DNA of 64,000 nt from a virus. Taxonomy: Duplodnaviria > Caudoviricetes. The DNA lies in the IMG/VR virus record IMGVR_UViG_3300049172_000088, positions 19,686 to 83,685 of that record. One strand, 5' to 3'. Shown here in pieces: positions 34,832 through 45,167 of this stretch (the stretch's first letter is position 1; each line of letters starts with the position of its first letter). Both the position numbers and the translations under genes were made by a program. Under the pieces are notes generated by a model. That model was not told the origin of the DNA. It made no database searches and saw nothing but the letters and a program-made list of their open reading frames with translations.

Positions 34832-35515
34832 ATGGGTTACCCGCCTCACCCGCAGCAACCGGCCTATCCACCCGCGGTGACTCCGCCCCGCACGAACGGG
34901 CTGGCGGTGGCTTCGCTGATCTTGGGGGTAACCGGGTTCATCACGTGCGGGTTCACGTCGATTCTGGCCGTGGCGTTCGGACACGTGGCCCTGCACCAGA
35001 TCAACCGTGACGGCAGCGACGGACGCGGCATGGCCCTGTCTGGAACGATCCTGGGCTGGTTTCTCACCGGCGCCTGGATCCTGTTCTGGGCGCTGTCCAT
35101 CACCGGGACGATCTCGACGGCGCTCTACTCCGCCGCCGTGCCAGCCGACCCGGGGCCGGCGCGTACACGCCTTGACGTGGCGCCTCAGCCGAACGCCTCT
35201 CAGCCTGGCCAGGCGGTTCAGCCTGGCGACGGCGGCCACGCGGTGGTGCTGGAAGCGGTCGGCAAGGACGGCGCGTCCTCGGCGAACAACGTCACCTACA
35301 GCATCAAGTACTCGATCAAGCAGGAGCAGGGCGTCCCGCTGCCCTACAGCAAGGAGGTTACGACCGCCGCCCCGTACCCGATGTCTCTGTGGGTGCAGAA
35401 CGCCGGCGCCGACGGCGTCATCGAGTGCCGGATCCTCGTGGACGGCCAGGTGGTACGAGAGGCGACGAGCAGCGGCCCGTACGGAGTGTGCAACGTGAGG
35501 GCGGACGCGCCCTAG
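34832..35515 (+). CDS. DUF4190 membrane protein with MmpS-like C-terminal domain (moron)
   Basis: TNGLAVASLILG...GHVAL.QI...G..GRGMA..G.ILG; V.LP....ECRILVDG.VV. Confidence 0.8.
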   Translation: MGYPPHPQQPAYPPAVTPPRTNGLAVASLILGVTGFITCGFTSILAVAFGHVALHQINRDGSDGRGMALSGTILGWFLTGAWILFWALSITGTISTALYSAAVPADPGPARTRLDVAPQPNASQPGQAVQPGDGGHAVVLEAVGKDGASSANNVTYSIKYSIKQEQGVPLPYSKEVTTAAPYPMSLWVQNAGADGVIECRILVDGQVVREATSSGPYGVCNVRADAP

Positions 35516-35678
35516 AACAGGAGGTGCGCCGTGGGGCGCGAGAAGCCGATCGCCGTGAAGAACGTCGGCAAGAGCACGACCAAGCCCGCCTGGACGGTGG
35601 GTGACGTTCTATGGATGATCTGCACGGTCGGGATGGCCTACCCGTGGATCTGGACGCGGCGCCGGAAGCGGACCACGA

Positions 35679-35849
35679 TCACGCGGCATCGGTAGAGCGC
35701 AGCTGTTCAAGCTCGGCGGCGAGTTGGTCGCGTTCGGCCTTGAAGCCCATGGCCAGGGCGTGCCACTCCGCGGCCTGGTCGAGCGCCTGGCTCCGCTGGT
35801 CCTTCAGGGCCTGCACGTAGGGCTCGACGGGGATCTGCTGCTCGTTCAT
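35679..35849 (-). CDS. Small coiled-coil protein
   Basis: Manual translation MNEQQIPVEPYVQALKDQRSQALDQAA; ATGA overlap. Confidence 0.6.
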   Translation of the reverse strand: MNEQQIPVEPYVQALKDQRSQALDQAAEWHALAMGFKAERDQLAAELEQLRSTDAA

Positions 35850-38800
35850 CGGGTGGTTTCCTTCGGTGTGGAGTAGCGGTACGGGCCGTCCCCGTACACG
35901 TTGATCTCGTTGCGGCGCGGCTCCACCACGAGCGGAGGCACGTCCTTCCTGATCGCCTTCACGAGCCAGAACACGCGCTCGCCGGCAGCGCCGCGGACGG
36001 TGAAGCGTCCGTCCTTGGGGTAGCTGGTGGAGCAGGGCCCGTTGCCGGTGAGCACGATGCGCCCCTCGACGGCTGTGAGCGCCTCGAAGTACGAGGGGAG
36101 GTCGACGACGGCGTGCCCGCCCTCGCCCAGGGTCACCTCGCCCCAGTATTCGACGCCTGCGTGCGGGGACTCCGTGGTGGCGTGCACCAGCCAGCGGTCG
36201 CGATCGAGCGGGTGGTCGATGATGAACGTCTTGGGATTGCCGTTGACAGAAAAGCCGCCAGGCGCGTTGAAGATGATCTGGTCGTCAACGATCAACGCCG
36301 CGTCACCGAATCCAACCTGGAAGTGCCCGGTGCTGGTGTTCAGGAGTACTGCGCTATTGTCCACCAGGGCGTAGCTTGTGTCGGCCATCATGCGGACGTT
36401 TCCGCTGCCCACTCGGATATTGGTATCGACAGGCGACGTGCTGGATGGACGGATGACGATCGATGGATCGAAAACGCCCGTCGCGATGGGCGCCTGGATG
36501 GACGCGTAGGTCGTTCCGTCCGAGCCGTAGAACCTGATCTCCGGGATGGAAGCCCCAGTGGGAGACACCACGATCCGGCGGCCGCTCGTGCCTGAAGCGA
36601 GCTGGCCGATCAGCGAGACCGTGCCCGAAGAGGTGATGTCCACCGTCTGCGTCCCGCCCGCGTTGAACGCCTTGAAACCAGTCCCGTCGAGCTGAATCCT
36701 CGCGCCGGAAGCGGCCGACCTCAGCTCGAACGAGCCGTCCAGGTCGAGCCACACGGTGCGGGTGCCCGAGGCGTCGTAGAGCTGGATGCCGCTGACGTTA
36801 CTGAAGTCGAGCCGAGCGCCGGTCGTGCCCGACCGCAGGAAAAACACGCCGTTGGACTGCAACGACACGAGCGCGGTGTTGCTGCCGTTGAACATCTGCA
36901 GGCCCGCGGTGCTGATCTCGGTGCGGGCTCCGGTGTCGGCAGTCTTGATCCGTGCGGCGATGGTCAGGTCGGCCAGGATCGATCCGGCCGTGATCTTCGA
37001 GGCGGTCAGGTCCGAGATGTGCGCCGAGTCGATGAGCAGCGCCGTCGCCGTCGCCGCCGCCGAGGGGGAACTGCGGTTGCCTGCCTGGTCAACGGCGATC
37101 ACCTTGACGTGCCGGACGGTCGTCTCCTCAACCTCAACCGTGCCAATCGCAGGGATCCCCGCCGCGATCATCCCGGCGTGGGCGCTGACCTTGCCCTTGA
37201 GCGTCGTGTCGTCCGGCGTGAAGCCGCTTGCTGCGCCGACGTGCACTTCCAAGTGGTCGAGATCCAGCTCCAGGTTGAAGGTGCCACCCGATGCCTTGCC
37301 CAGCTCGTGCCGGATCTGGATCGCCAGCCGCGAGCCTGCCACCGTCGGCGGGGCCGGCGTGCTCGGCGGGATGGTGTCCGGGTTGGCCAGGACGGTCTCC
37401 GTCGCCGACCACGCGCCGGCGTTGTTGCTGGAGTCGACCGCCCTGATCTGGAAGTCGTACTCCACGCCGGGGCTGAGGTCGTTGACGACCACCTGCAGAT
37501 CACTCCACGGCGCGTACGCGATCTGCCACTCGCTCGCCGGGGACAGGCCGTACCGGAGCTCGTAGTGGTGGCCGTCCAGGATCGTGCTGCCGTCGCTGTT
37601 GAGCGGCAGGTTCCAGCTGGCCAGGATGCTCGCCCTCGTGTTGCCGAGCGCGTCGAGGTAGACCGACGACCCGAAGGGCAGCACCCACGTCACGACGCCG
37701 GGGATCGTGGTGTCCGGGATGGGTCGCGGCCCGACCGGCTCGAAGCCGGAGCTCGTCAGCGACCGGCCCAGCTCGCCCACGCCGATCGCCGTCGCCCCGG
37801 CCTCGAACTTCACGTAGTCGGTGAGGTCGTACCAGGTGCCGTCCTGGTGGCGGTAGGCCACGGTCATGCCCTCGGTGACTGGCCAGCTCGCCTCGACGGT
37901 GCGCAAGGCGATCGGGTTGATCCTCTGCCCTCTGAACGTGATCTCGTTGTTGAGATCGAGCAGGCCGGCGTCTGGGTCGTACACCCACACCATGTCGCCC
38001 GGCCGGAACGAGCCGTCCAGCTCGTAGTCCTCGGTGGACAGCCTCAGGGCGTTCTTGGTGCCGGTGAACCTGTTGAGCTGGAGCTGCGCCCGGGCGCCCG
38101 CGTTGCCCGTCGTGGTCCCCGACTCGGAGACGAGCCTCGTCCGCTTGATCGGCTGGCCGCGAAGGTCGAGGTACGGGTTCGAGGAGATGTTGGCCGAGCC
38201 GGTCGCGGTCGCGTCGCCCTGGCCCTCGGCGAGCAACACGACCCTGGTCGTGAAGTCCTTGACGTCCTGGCTGAGTTCCAGGTCGCCGGGCAGCGCCGAC
38301 AGCGACAGGTCCCGGCCTGCCAGGCCCTTGCGGACGATCGCGCACACCGGTGTGGCCCGGTACAGCTGCGCCTGCGTCCCAGCGTCCAACGTCGCGTTGC
38401 CGTTCACCCGGTACTCAGCGCCGAACAGCTGGCACACGTACTGCACGGCCTGACGGCGGTTCTGCCACACGTGCGTGCCGGAGTAGGTGCCGGCGACGGC
38501 GTGAAGGATGCCTTCGATGACGGCGGTGCCTGAGCCGAGGGCGGCCCTGATGCTGTTGGCGAAGCTCTGGCCGGTGATGTTCAGGGGCGTCTCGAAGATC
38601 TCACCCTTCTCATCGGAGTCGCCGAGCCAGAGCTCCATGCCCTGGCCGGACAGCTTCTTCAGCTCGTCGTCCATGACCTTGGCGGTGACGACGCCGACGT
38701 ACCGGCCCTGGGTGAGGAGGTTGTCTCGGTACTCCTGCGGGTTGACGCGGCCAGCGAAGATGGCGATGTGGCCGAAGTAGCCGAGCCGGTCGGTGATCTC

Positions 38801-38869
38801 TTTCGGGGTTTCGGCGGTGAGCGTGATGCTCCAGGAGCCGAGCCCCTGCACGACCTCCTGAACGGTCAC
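35846..38869 (-). CDS. Large minor tail/host-specificity protein (FN3-like domains, C-terminal chaperone-like domain)
   Basis: GGAGG RBS before GTG; YDFQIRAVD, VKVIAVDQAGNRS; KTFIIDHP...LVHATTESP..GVEYWG. Confidence 0.85.
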   Translation of the reverse strand: MTVQEVVQGLGSWSITLTAETPKEITDRLGYFGHIAIFAGRVNPQEYRDNLLTQGRYVGVVTAKVMDDELKKLSGQGMELWLGDSDEKGEIFETPLNITGQSFANSIRAALGSGTAVIEGILHAVAGTYSGTHVWQNRRQAVQYVCQLFGAEYRVNGNATLDAGTQAQLYRATPVCAIVRKGLAGRDLSLSALPGDLELSQDVKDFTTRVVLLAEGQGDATATGSANISSNPYLDLRGQPIKRTRLVSESGTTTGNAGARAQLQLNRFTGTKNALRLSTEDYELDGSFRPGDMVWVYDPDAGLLDLNNEITFRGQRINPIALRTVEASWPVTEGMTVAYRHQDGTWYDLTDYVKFEAGATAIGVGELGRSLTSSGFEPVGPRPIPDTTIPGVVTWVLPFGSSVYLDALGNTRASILASWNLPLNSDGSTILDGHHYELRYGLSPASEWQIAYAPWSDLQVVVNDLSPGVEYDFQIRAVDSSNNAGAWSATETVLANPDTIPPSTPAPPTVAGSRLAIQIRHELGKASGGTFNLELDLDHLEVHVGAASGFTPDDTTLKGKVSAHAGMIAAGIPAIGTVEVEETTVRHVKVIAVDQAGNRSSPSAAATATALLIDSAHISDLTASKITAGSILADLTIAARIKTADTGARTEISTAGLQMFNGSNTALVSLQSNGVFFLRSGTTGARLDFSNVSGIQLYDASGTRTVWLDLDGSFELRSAASGARIQLDGTGFKAFNAGGTQTVDITSSGTVSLIGQLASGTSGRRIVVSPTGASIPEIRFYGSDGTTYASIQAPIATGVFDPSIVIRPSSTSPVDTNIRVGSGNVRMMADTSYALVDNSAVLLNTSTGHFQVGFGDAALIVDDQIIFNAPGGFSVNGNPKTFIIDHPLDRDRWLVHATTESPHAGVEYWGEVTLGEGGHAVVDLPSYFEALTAVEGRIVLTGNGPCSTSYPKDGRFTVRGAAGERVFWLVKAIRKDVPPLVVEPRRNEINVYGDGPYRYSTPKETTR

Positions 38870-38885
38870 CGCCCACCTCCAAGAA

Positions 38886-38954
38886 TCTTTGTCTAAGTTA
38901 TGGACAAGGTCTCTAGCATGTGCGAGTCTTTGTCCACCAGCTCGACAAAGACTC
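38886..38954. promoter_or_regulatory. Two TTTGTC-N9-GACAA palindromic operators
   Basis: Perfect GAGTCTTTGTC/GACAAAGACTC (38924-38954) and a weaker copy at 38888-38908, AT-rich. Confidence 0.6.
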
Positions 38955-38966
38955 TCGGAGGATGGC

Positions 38967-39491
38967 ATGGAGCCGAAGAAGTTCATGAGCATGGCCGACG
39001 TCGGCAACCTGTTCGGCGTCTCCGCCGCCACCGTCTCCAAGTGGCGCGGACGCTACGCCGACACCCCGCACGCCACCCCCAAGCCCGCCGTATGGATCGG
39101 CGACACCCCCGGCTGGGACAATCCCGCCGACTGGCGAGCATGGAAAGAAATGCTGCCCGGCCAGGGCAAGGGCGGCGGCCCTTTGCCTCTCGCCACCGCC
39201 GAAGAAGAACTCAACGCAGCGTTCAAGCGAGCCAGCCAGCGCTCTGAGAAAGTCGCGCACGCCCTCCGGGGCGTAGGCAAAGCCGCCCAGGACGCCGCCT
39301 CCCGGCTGCGGCTCATAGCCCTGCACATCGCCGCCGCCGAGTACGGCGTGGACAAGGACACCATCATGGCCGTCTGGGTGAAGCTCGCCGAGGAGAACCC
39401 CGACATGCCCAACCACGAGGTCGATCAGCGCGCGCTGGCCACCATCATGCGCGGACGGAAGAAGCTCGAACTCGAAACCGCCCCCGAATGA
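38967..39491 (+). CDS. HTH DNA-binding protein inserted antisense within tail operon
   Basis: FMSMADVGNLFGVSAATVSKWRGRY...P.P..IG..PGW. Confidence 0.75.
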   Translation: MEPKKFMSMADVGNLFGVSAATVSKWRGRYADTPHATPKPAVWIGDTPGWDNPADWRAWKEMLPGQGKGGGPLPLATAEEELNAAFKRASQRSEKVAHALRGVGKAAQDAASRLRLIALHIAAAEYGVDKDTIMAVWVKLAEENPDMPNHEVDQRALATIMRGRKKLELETAPE

Positions 39492-39492
39492 C

Positions 39493-40665
39493 CTACCGGC
39501 GTACAGCCGCAACGATTTCCGGCAGTGCCGCCAGGTATTGGTCGCGGAGCTTCCAGGCTTCGTCTCCGGGCACTGCCGAGTTACCTGCGACGACGACACC
39601 CACGTAGCAGTCCATCCACGTGGTGGCCGTTTTCGTCATACCGCCGCTGGCGTGAAGATCGAAATTTCTTGCGGAGCCGCATGTCGCCTTGTTGCCGTCC
39701 GCGTCATCGGCGGTCTGCTGCAGGTAGGAGGTGCCGTCGGTCATCGCCGCCGCGCTGGCCAGGTAGACGCTGATGCTGCCGCTGTCGCCGCGCTGCACGT
39801 ACAGCTCGACGATGCGGCTCCCCCGCCGGATCGTGAGGTCCACCGTCACCCGGCCCGGCGAGCGCGACTCGGTGATCCGCAGGATGCAGCACTCGGGGTC
39901 GTTGCGCAGGATCGTGGCCGAGTCCCAGCCCGTGATCGCGCCGGCGCCGATGTCGATCTGCCAGAGCTTCGGCCGCCACGCGCCGCCCGTGTAGGAGCTG
40001 ACCTCGATCGAGGCGCCGGTGAACAGCCGCCTGACCCGCACGAGCCCGTTCGATACCTCCCACTGGTCTGGCGGCACTGCGGCCGCCAGGCCGGTGATCG
40101 TGCGCTGCGGGAAGCCTGCCAGGATCCGGACGCCGCCCTGAAGGTAGTCGCCGACGGCACACCCCCACCGGGGGCTGACGTTCGCGGGGATGGCCCGGTA
40201 GATCGTCATCACGCCGTCGGCGCCCGTGCGCGTCATCGTGCTGGGCGAGGTCGAGCCGGTGTAGTAGCCGTAGTGGCCGATCGCCGGCGCGTGCCAGCGC
40301 TCGCCGGTCAGCGCGAAATCGTTCTGGCGGATCGCGCCGGCCAGGCGGCTCTCCAGGTCGATGACGTTGTCGCCGCCGTGCCGCACCATGCTGAGCTTCC
40401 AGTCGGCGTACCCGGAGTAGCCCGCGAGGTCCGTCAGGGCGGAGGTGGCCGACGTCACCGTGTAGTAGCCGTCCCGCTCGCCCTTGACACCCCATTGCAC
40501 CGGCACCAGGGAACCCGCCAGGCCCAGGATCGCCTCATGGGTCGCCAGCACGTTGTCCCGGCCGGTCACCGCCCACGGTTCCCTGCCCGACACCGACAGA
40601 GTGCCCGCCGCCTCATCCACGCTGGCCGGCTCCCGCAGGCACACCCGGCCGACGATGAGGCTCAT
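39493..40665 (-). CDS. Minor tail protein
   Basis: Position after tape measure; ATGA coupling. Confidence 0.75.
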   Translation of the reverse strand: MSLIVGRVCLREPASVDEAAGTLSVSGREPWAVTGRDNVLATHEAILGLAGSLVPVQWGVKGERDGYYTVTSATSALTDLAGYSGYADWKLSMVRHGGDNVIDLESRLAGAIRQNDFALTGERWHAPAIGHYGYYTGSTSPSTMTRTGADGVMTIYRAIPANVSPRWGCAVGDYLQGGVRILAGFPQRTITGLAAAVPPDQWEVSNGLVRVRRLFTGASIEVSSYTGGAWRPKLWQIDIGAGAITGWDSATILRNDPECCILRITESRSPGRVTVDLTIRRGSRIVELYVQRGDSGSISVYLASAAAMTDGTSYLQQTADDADGNKATCGSARNFDLHASGGMTKTATTWMDCYVGVVVAGNSAVPGDEAWKLRDQYLAALPEIVAAVRR

Positions 40666-43600
40666 GCCTGCTCCTCGTCGAGTCCGCGCAGGTAGTCGCG
40701 CAGGTGGAGGGCGAGTTGGCGGGCGGCCGCGGACGGGTTGCGGAAGTCGAGGTCCGCGCCGTTCACGACCAAGCTGAGGTTGTCGATCGTCGTCCCTCCT
40801 CGAGCAACCGCGGGTGCGGTGTAGCCGACGCCGAACGACGGCGCAGGCCCGGCGCCGAGCGCGTCCATGCCGCCGAGGGCCACGCCGATCGTTGCCGAGT
40901 TCGCCAGGCCGGCCACCGCGGACTCGACCAGGCCGGCTGCCTGGGTGATGCCGAGCGCCATGCCCGCGGGCAGCTCCCTGCCGATCGCGGCGAAGACTTT
41001 CGATGGGCTCGCGATGCCGAGCACCGATTTGGCCCAGTCCGCGACGCTGCCGAAGAGGTTCTGAACCTCGCCGATGAACCAGTTCCACATGCTGACCAGG
41101 CCGTTCCAAAATCCGACGACGAGGTCACGGCCTGCGTTGTAGAGCAGGTTGCCCATGTTGCCGAGCGCGCCGGTGATCCGGCCTGGGAGCCCAGAGATGA
41201 AGGACATGACGTTGTCGATGCCACGCGAGACAGCGTCCTTGATCTGGTTCCACTTCTCGGAGATGAAGTTCTTGACGCCGTCCCAGAAGTCGTTCCATCG
41301 CTGGCCGATGGCGTTCAAGATGTCGGAGATCTTGTCGCGGATCTCGTGGATCTTCATCTCGATGTAGTTCTTGATGAGGTGCCACCGCGCCTGAACTTCG
41401 TTGACCACTCGGCCGAGCCAGGTGGCGAACATCTCGGGCAGATCGCCGAACCAGGCGACGATCCCCTTGACCCAGTCGACGCCCTTCTGGAACCACGACT
41501 TAATCTCGGTGATCAGGTCGGGGATGATCGAATTGCCGACGAGCAGGTCAAAGATCCACTCGAAGATGTCGCCGATGCCGTTGACGACGTCCTCGATGAT
41601 CCCGCCGACCCACTCGAACGCCGGAGTCAGCTTGTCGACGAGCCAGGTGATGACGGTGGCGATGATGTCGATCAGCGGGGTGAGCACGCTCACGATCAGG
41701 TTGAGGAGCACCTCGATCAGCGGTGTCACGGCGACCACGAGCTGCGCGAAGATCCCGATGATCGGGGTAAGCAGCTGGGCCAGGGACGTGATGATCGGCA
41801 GCAGCGGCGTGAGGATCGACGACAGCAGCTGGATCAGCGGCGGCAGCAGCGGCATGAGCGCCTGCAAGATCTGACCGAACGCGTTCGCGACCAGGCCCAG
41901 GATCGGCGCGAGCGCCTGGATGAGCTGGACGATCGGCGGCAGGATCGCCTGGACGATCGGGATGAACGCCTGCACCAGCTGCAGCACGATCGGCACCAGC
42001 GGCTTGATGATCTCCATCGCGAGCTTCAGGAAGATCGGCAGCAGCGGCATCAGCGCCTGGAGGAGCTGGCCTACGACGCCGACGAGTTGCACGATGATCG
42101 GCGCCAGTGTGGTGATCAGCTGGGCGAGGACCGGCAGGAACTGGATGACCAGCGGCGCGATTTGCGCCGCCAGCTGCACGAACATGGGGATCAGCGGCGT
42201 CAGCACCGGCAGCAAGCCGACGACCGCCTGGACGATCGAAAGGATCGCCGGCGCCGCGGCCTGCAGCGCGGTGAGCAGCGCCGTACCGATCTGCTGCGCC
42301 AGCTGGACGATGGTCGGCAGCACGGGTGTGATCGCGTTGACCAGCGCGGTGATGCCCTGCACGAGGATCCCGCCGAGCTGGGCCGCCACCTGGGCCGCGA
42401 GCGTGATCAGTGGCGCCAGCACCGGGAGGAGCTGCGCCACCGCCTGGGCGAGCTGGACGACGAACGGTGCGACCGCTTGAACGGCGTCCAGGAGGACTTG
42501 CCCGAGAGTGACGGCCAGCTCGCCGAGGGGCCCGAGCAGAGGCGTGATCCCCGTGAGCAGGCTGGAGATGACGCTGAGCAGCGTGGAGCCGATGACGCCA
42601 GCGATCTGGACGACGATCGGCAGCAGCGGGGCGAGCGCTGTCAGCAGCGTGCCGAACGCGGTCACGAGCTGCCCGACGATCGGCGCGGCCTGCTGGATGA
42701 GTTGCACCATGATGGGCAGCGCGGCGGAGATGAGCTGGGTGATGATCGGCGCCAGGCCGGCGATCGCCTGCGCGAACTGCTGGATGTAGGGAGTGATCGC
42801 CTGGACGGCGGTAAGCAGGGCGCCGCCGATGGTCTGCAGGGCCTGGCCGAGGACGGCGATGAGCGGGGTGGCGGCGGTGACCGCGGTGGTGATCGCGGTC
42901 ACGAGGGCCGTGCCGAGTGTGGCGGCGATCTGCGCGACGATCGGGATCAGCGGTGCGATCGCGGGCAGCAGGGCCCCGACGAGCGTCTGCACCAGCTGCG
43001 AGATCACGGGCAGCAGCGGGGTGATCGCGTCCAGCAGGATCGTGAATCCCTGAACGAGTGCGCCGCCGATCACCGTGACGACCTGCTGGAGCGTTCCGAT
43101 CAGCGGGGTTACCGCGGGCAGCAGGCTCGACAGGAACGCGCCCGCCAGCAGCAGCACCTGCGCGACCAGCGGTGCCAAGGCAGCCACGAGCTGCCCGAAC
43201 GCCGCCAGGATGGGGCTGAGCAGTGGCGCCAGTGTGGTCAGTGCGCTGACCAGTGCGCCGCCCACCGTGGTGGCGACCTGCGTGAGGACCGGCACCAGCG
43301 ATGACGCCAGCACCGTTCCGAGCTGCAGCACCTGCGTGAGCAGCGGCCCCAGCGACACGAGCAGCTGCGTCAGCCCGGTCACCAGCTGGCCGATCAGCGG
43401 CGACAGCGTCTGGATGGCGGAGACCAGCCCGGCGCCGAACGTCGTCGCCAGCTGGCCCACGGCGGCGACGAGCGGCTGCAGGAGCGGCACCATCGCCTGG
43501 ACGTGCTGCGCCAGCGCGCCTCCCAGCATGGCGATGACCTGGCCGAGCACCGGCAGGAGCGGGGCGAGCGCGGCGCCGAGGGCGGAGATCGCGGAAGCGA

Positions 43601-45167
43601 CCGGGGCCAGGGCTGGCGTGAGCGCCGTGAGGCCGGACGCGAGGGCGCCCAGGACCGCCTGTACGCCGGGTAGGAGCGCGACGATCGCGGGACCGATCGC
43701 CGCGACGAGCGGCTGCAGGGCGGCCAGCGCGGACCCGATGGCCTGCCCGAGCGGCAGCAGCGCGGGCGTGATCGCGTTGACTGCCTGCCCGATTCCCTGG
43801 AAGACCGCGATGACGCCGGGTCCGACCGCGGCGACTGCCGGGCCAAGCGCGGAGATCGCGCCGGCAAGGATCGGGCCGACGGTGGTAGCCAGATCGGCGA
43901 CGATCGGCGCCAGGGCCGCGACCGCCCCGGCCAGCGCCTCGATGACCGGCAGGAGTGCGCCACCGACCTCCAGCAGCGCCCGCCAGATGGTGGCGATGAC
44001 CTGCTGGCCCTGGGCGGAGTCGACGAACTGGTGCAGCCCGTCGAGCAGCTGGCCGAAGATGCCGAGGACGTTCTGGCCATCCGCCTGGATGGCGCGGAAG
44101 ACTCCAGCGAGGATCCCGCCGAGGTCGCCGACGATGGCGGCGAGCTGCCGGAACACGGCGGCCGCGCCTTCCATCCAGTTCAGGGCCTGGCCGCTCGCCA
44201 CCGCGTGCTGGAGGAACCAGCCGAACCTCTGAGCTGCGGCGGTGATGCCGGGGACGAAGCCGGACAGCCAGCTCGCGCCGAGCACACCCAGGTCGCGGAA
44301 GCCGGCGAGCAGCGGCTGGATCGCCGGTGTCAGGCCCTCGATCGACTTCTTGAGGATCCGGAAGACTTCCTCGGCCGCGTACACGCTGTCGACCGACGCG
44401 ACGAAACGGAGGACCTCGGCGGCGGCGCTGCCGAATGCCCCGGCGGCGCCGCCGATCCCCTCCCGCAGCGCGTGCAGGAGCGGGTAGAGGGCTTGCAGCT
44501 GGCCGACCAGCGGCTGGAAGAACGAGTCTTGGGCGGCGTCCTTGAGCCCCATGAACGCGCCGGACATCTGGAACAGCTCGTAGGCGACATCGCCTGCTGC
44601 GCCGGACAGGTCCTTGATTCCGAGCTGGAATTTCAGGACGTCGCCGGACAGGGCCGCCTTGAAGGCATCTCCGACGCCCATCAGCGCGAGCTTGAGCGTG
44701 CCGAGCCCAGCCGCACCGAGCAGGATGCCGCCGGGCAGGGCGGCGAAGATGCCGGAAGCGGGCGCGAGCGCGGCGACCAGGCCGGCCGACGCGGTGGTGG
44801 CCGACGCGAGCGCCGACGACATGAGCGCCAGCGTGGAGATCGTGGTGGCGAGCCGGGTTCCGGCGGCGGCCGCGGCAGCGCCCATGGACGCCAGCTGGGA
44901 CGTGAACGAGGCCACGCCGCTCGCGATCGACCCGAGCTTGACGCCGATGTTGCCGAGCATGTCGCCGACGCTGCTGAGCCGTCCGTGCACGCGGCTGGCG
45001 CTGTCGCCGACGGCGTCGAAGCCGCGGCCGAGGCCACCGAGGCTGCTGCCGGTGCGCTCGGCTTGCCGGGCGACGCGCTCCAGTCCGCGGGTGGTGCGCT
45101 CGACGGGCCCGTCGACATCGTCAGCGACGACCCCGAGCCTGATCAGGAGGTTCTTGATCGACGCCAT
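40662..45167 (-). CDS. Tape measure protein
   Basis: 1501 aa, Ala/Leu/Gly-rich amphipathic repeats, W/F-rich C-terminal repeats. Confidence 0.95.
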   Translation of the reverse strand: MASIKNLLIRLGVVADDVDGPVERTTRGLERVARQAERTGSSLGGLGRGFDAVGDSASRVHGRLSSVGDMLGNIGVKLGSIASGVASFTSQLASMGAAAAAAGTRLATTISTLALMSSALASATTASAGLVAALAPASGIFAALPGGILLGAAGLGTLKLALMGVGDAFKAALSGDVLKFQLGIKDLSGAAGDVAYELFQMSGAFMGLKDAAQDSFFQPLVGQLQALYPLLHALREGIGGAAGAFGSAAAEVLRFVASVDSVYAAEEVFRILKKSIEGLTPAIQPLLAGFRDLGVLGASWLSGFVPGITAAAQRFGWFLQHAVASGQALNWMEGAAAVFRQLAAIVGDLGGILAGVFRAIQADGQNVLGIFGQLLDGLHQFVDSAQGQQVIATIWRALLEVGGALLPVIEALAGAVAALAPIVADLATTVGPILAGAISALGPAVAAVGPGVIAVFQGIGQAVNAITPALLPLGQAIGSALAALQPLVAAIGPAIVALLPGVQAVLGALASGLTALTPALAPVASAISALGAALAPLLPVLGQVIAMLGGALAQHVQAMVPLLQPLVAAVGQLATTFGAGLVSAIQTLSPLIGQLVTGLTQLLVSLGPLLTQVLQLGTVLASSLVPVLTQVATTVGGALVSALTTLAPLLSPILAAFGQLVAALAPLVAQVLLLAGAFLSSLLPAVTPLIGTLQQVVTVIGGALVQGFTILLDAITPLLPVISQLVQTLVGALLPAIAPLIPIVAQIAATLGTALVTAITTAVTAATPLIAVLGQALQTIGGALLTAVQAITPYIQQFAQAIAGLAPIITQLISAALPIMVQLIQQAAPIVGQLVTAFGTLLTALAPLLPIVVQIAGVIGSTLLSVISSLLTGITPLLGPLGELAVTLGQVLLDAVQAVAPFVVQLAQAVAQLLPVLAPLITLAAQVAAQLGGILVQGITALVNAITPVLPTIVQLAQQIGTALLTALQAAAPAILSIVQAVVGLLPVLTPLIPMFVQLAAQIAPLVIQFLPVLAQLITTLAPIIVQLVGVVGQLLQALMPLLPIFLKLAMEIIKPLVPIVLQLVQAFIPIVQAILPPIVQLIQALAPILGLVANAFGQILQALMPLLPPLIQLLSSILTPLLPIITSLAQLLTPIIGIFAQLVVAVTPLIEVLLNLIVSVLTPLIDIIATVITWLVDKLTPAFEWVGGIIEDVVNGIGDIFEWIFDLLVGNSIIPDLITEIKSWFQKGVDWVKGIVAWFGDLPEMFATWLGRVVNEVQARWHLIKNYIEMKIHEIRDKISDILNAIGQRWNDFWDGVKNFISEKWNQIKDAVSRGIDNVMSFISGLPGRITGALGNMGNLLYNAGRDLVVGFWNGLVSMWNWFIGEVQNLFGSVADWAKSVLGIASPSKVFAAIGRELPAGMALGITQAAGLVESAVAGLANSATIGVALGGMDALGAGPAPSFGVGYTAPAVARGGTTIDNLSLVVNGADLDFRNPSAAARQLALHLRDYLRGLDEEQA

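Noticed and set aside
40704-43304. Long antisense ORFs (also 12731-15079, 37019-38533, 44031-45821)
   Set aside because: Shadow frames of real minus-strand genes in very high-GC DNA; no protein motifs.
41500-44000. Extensive repeats in tape measure gene
   Set aside because: Ordinary amphipathic helical repeats of tape measure proteins.
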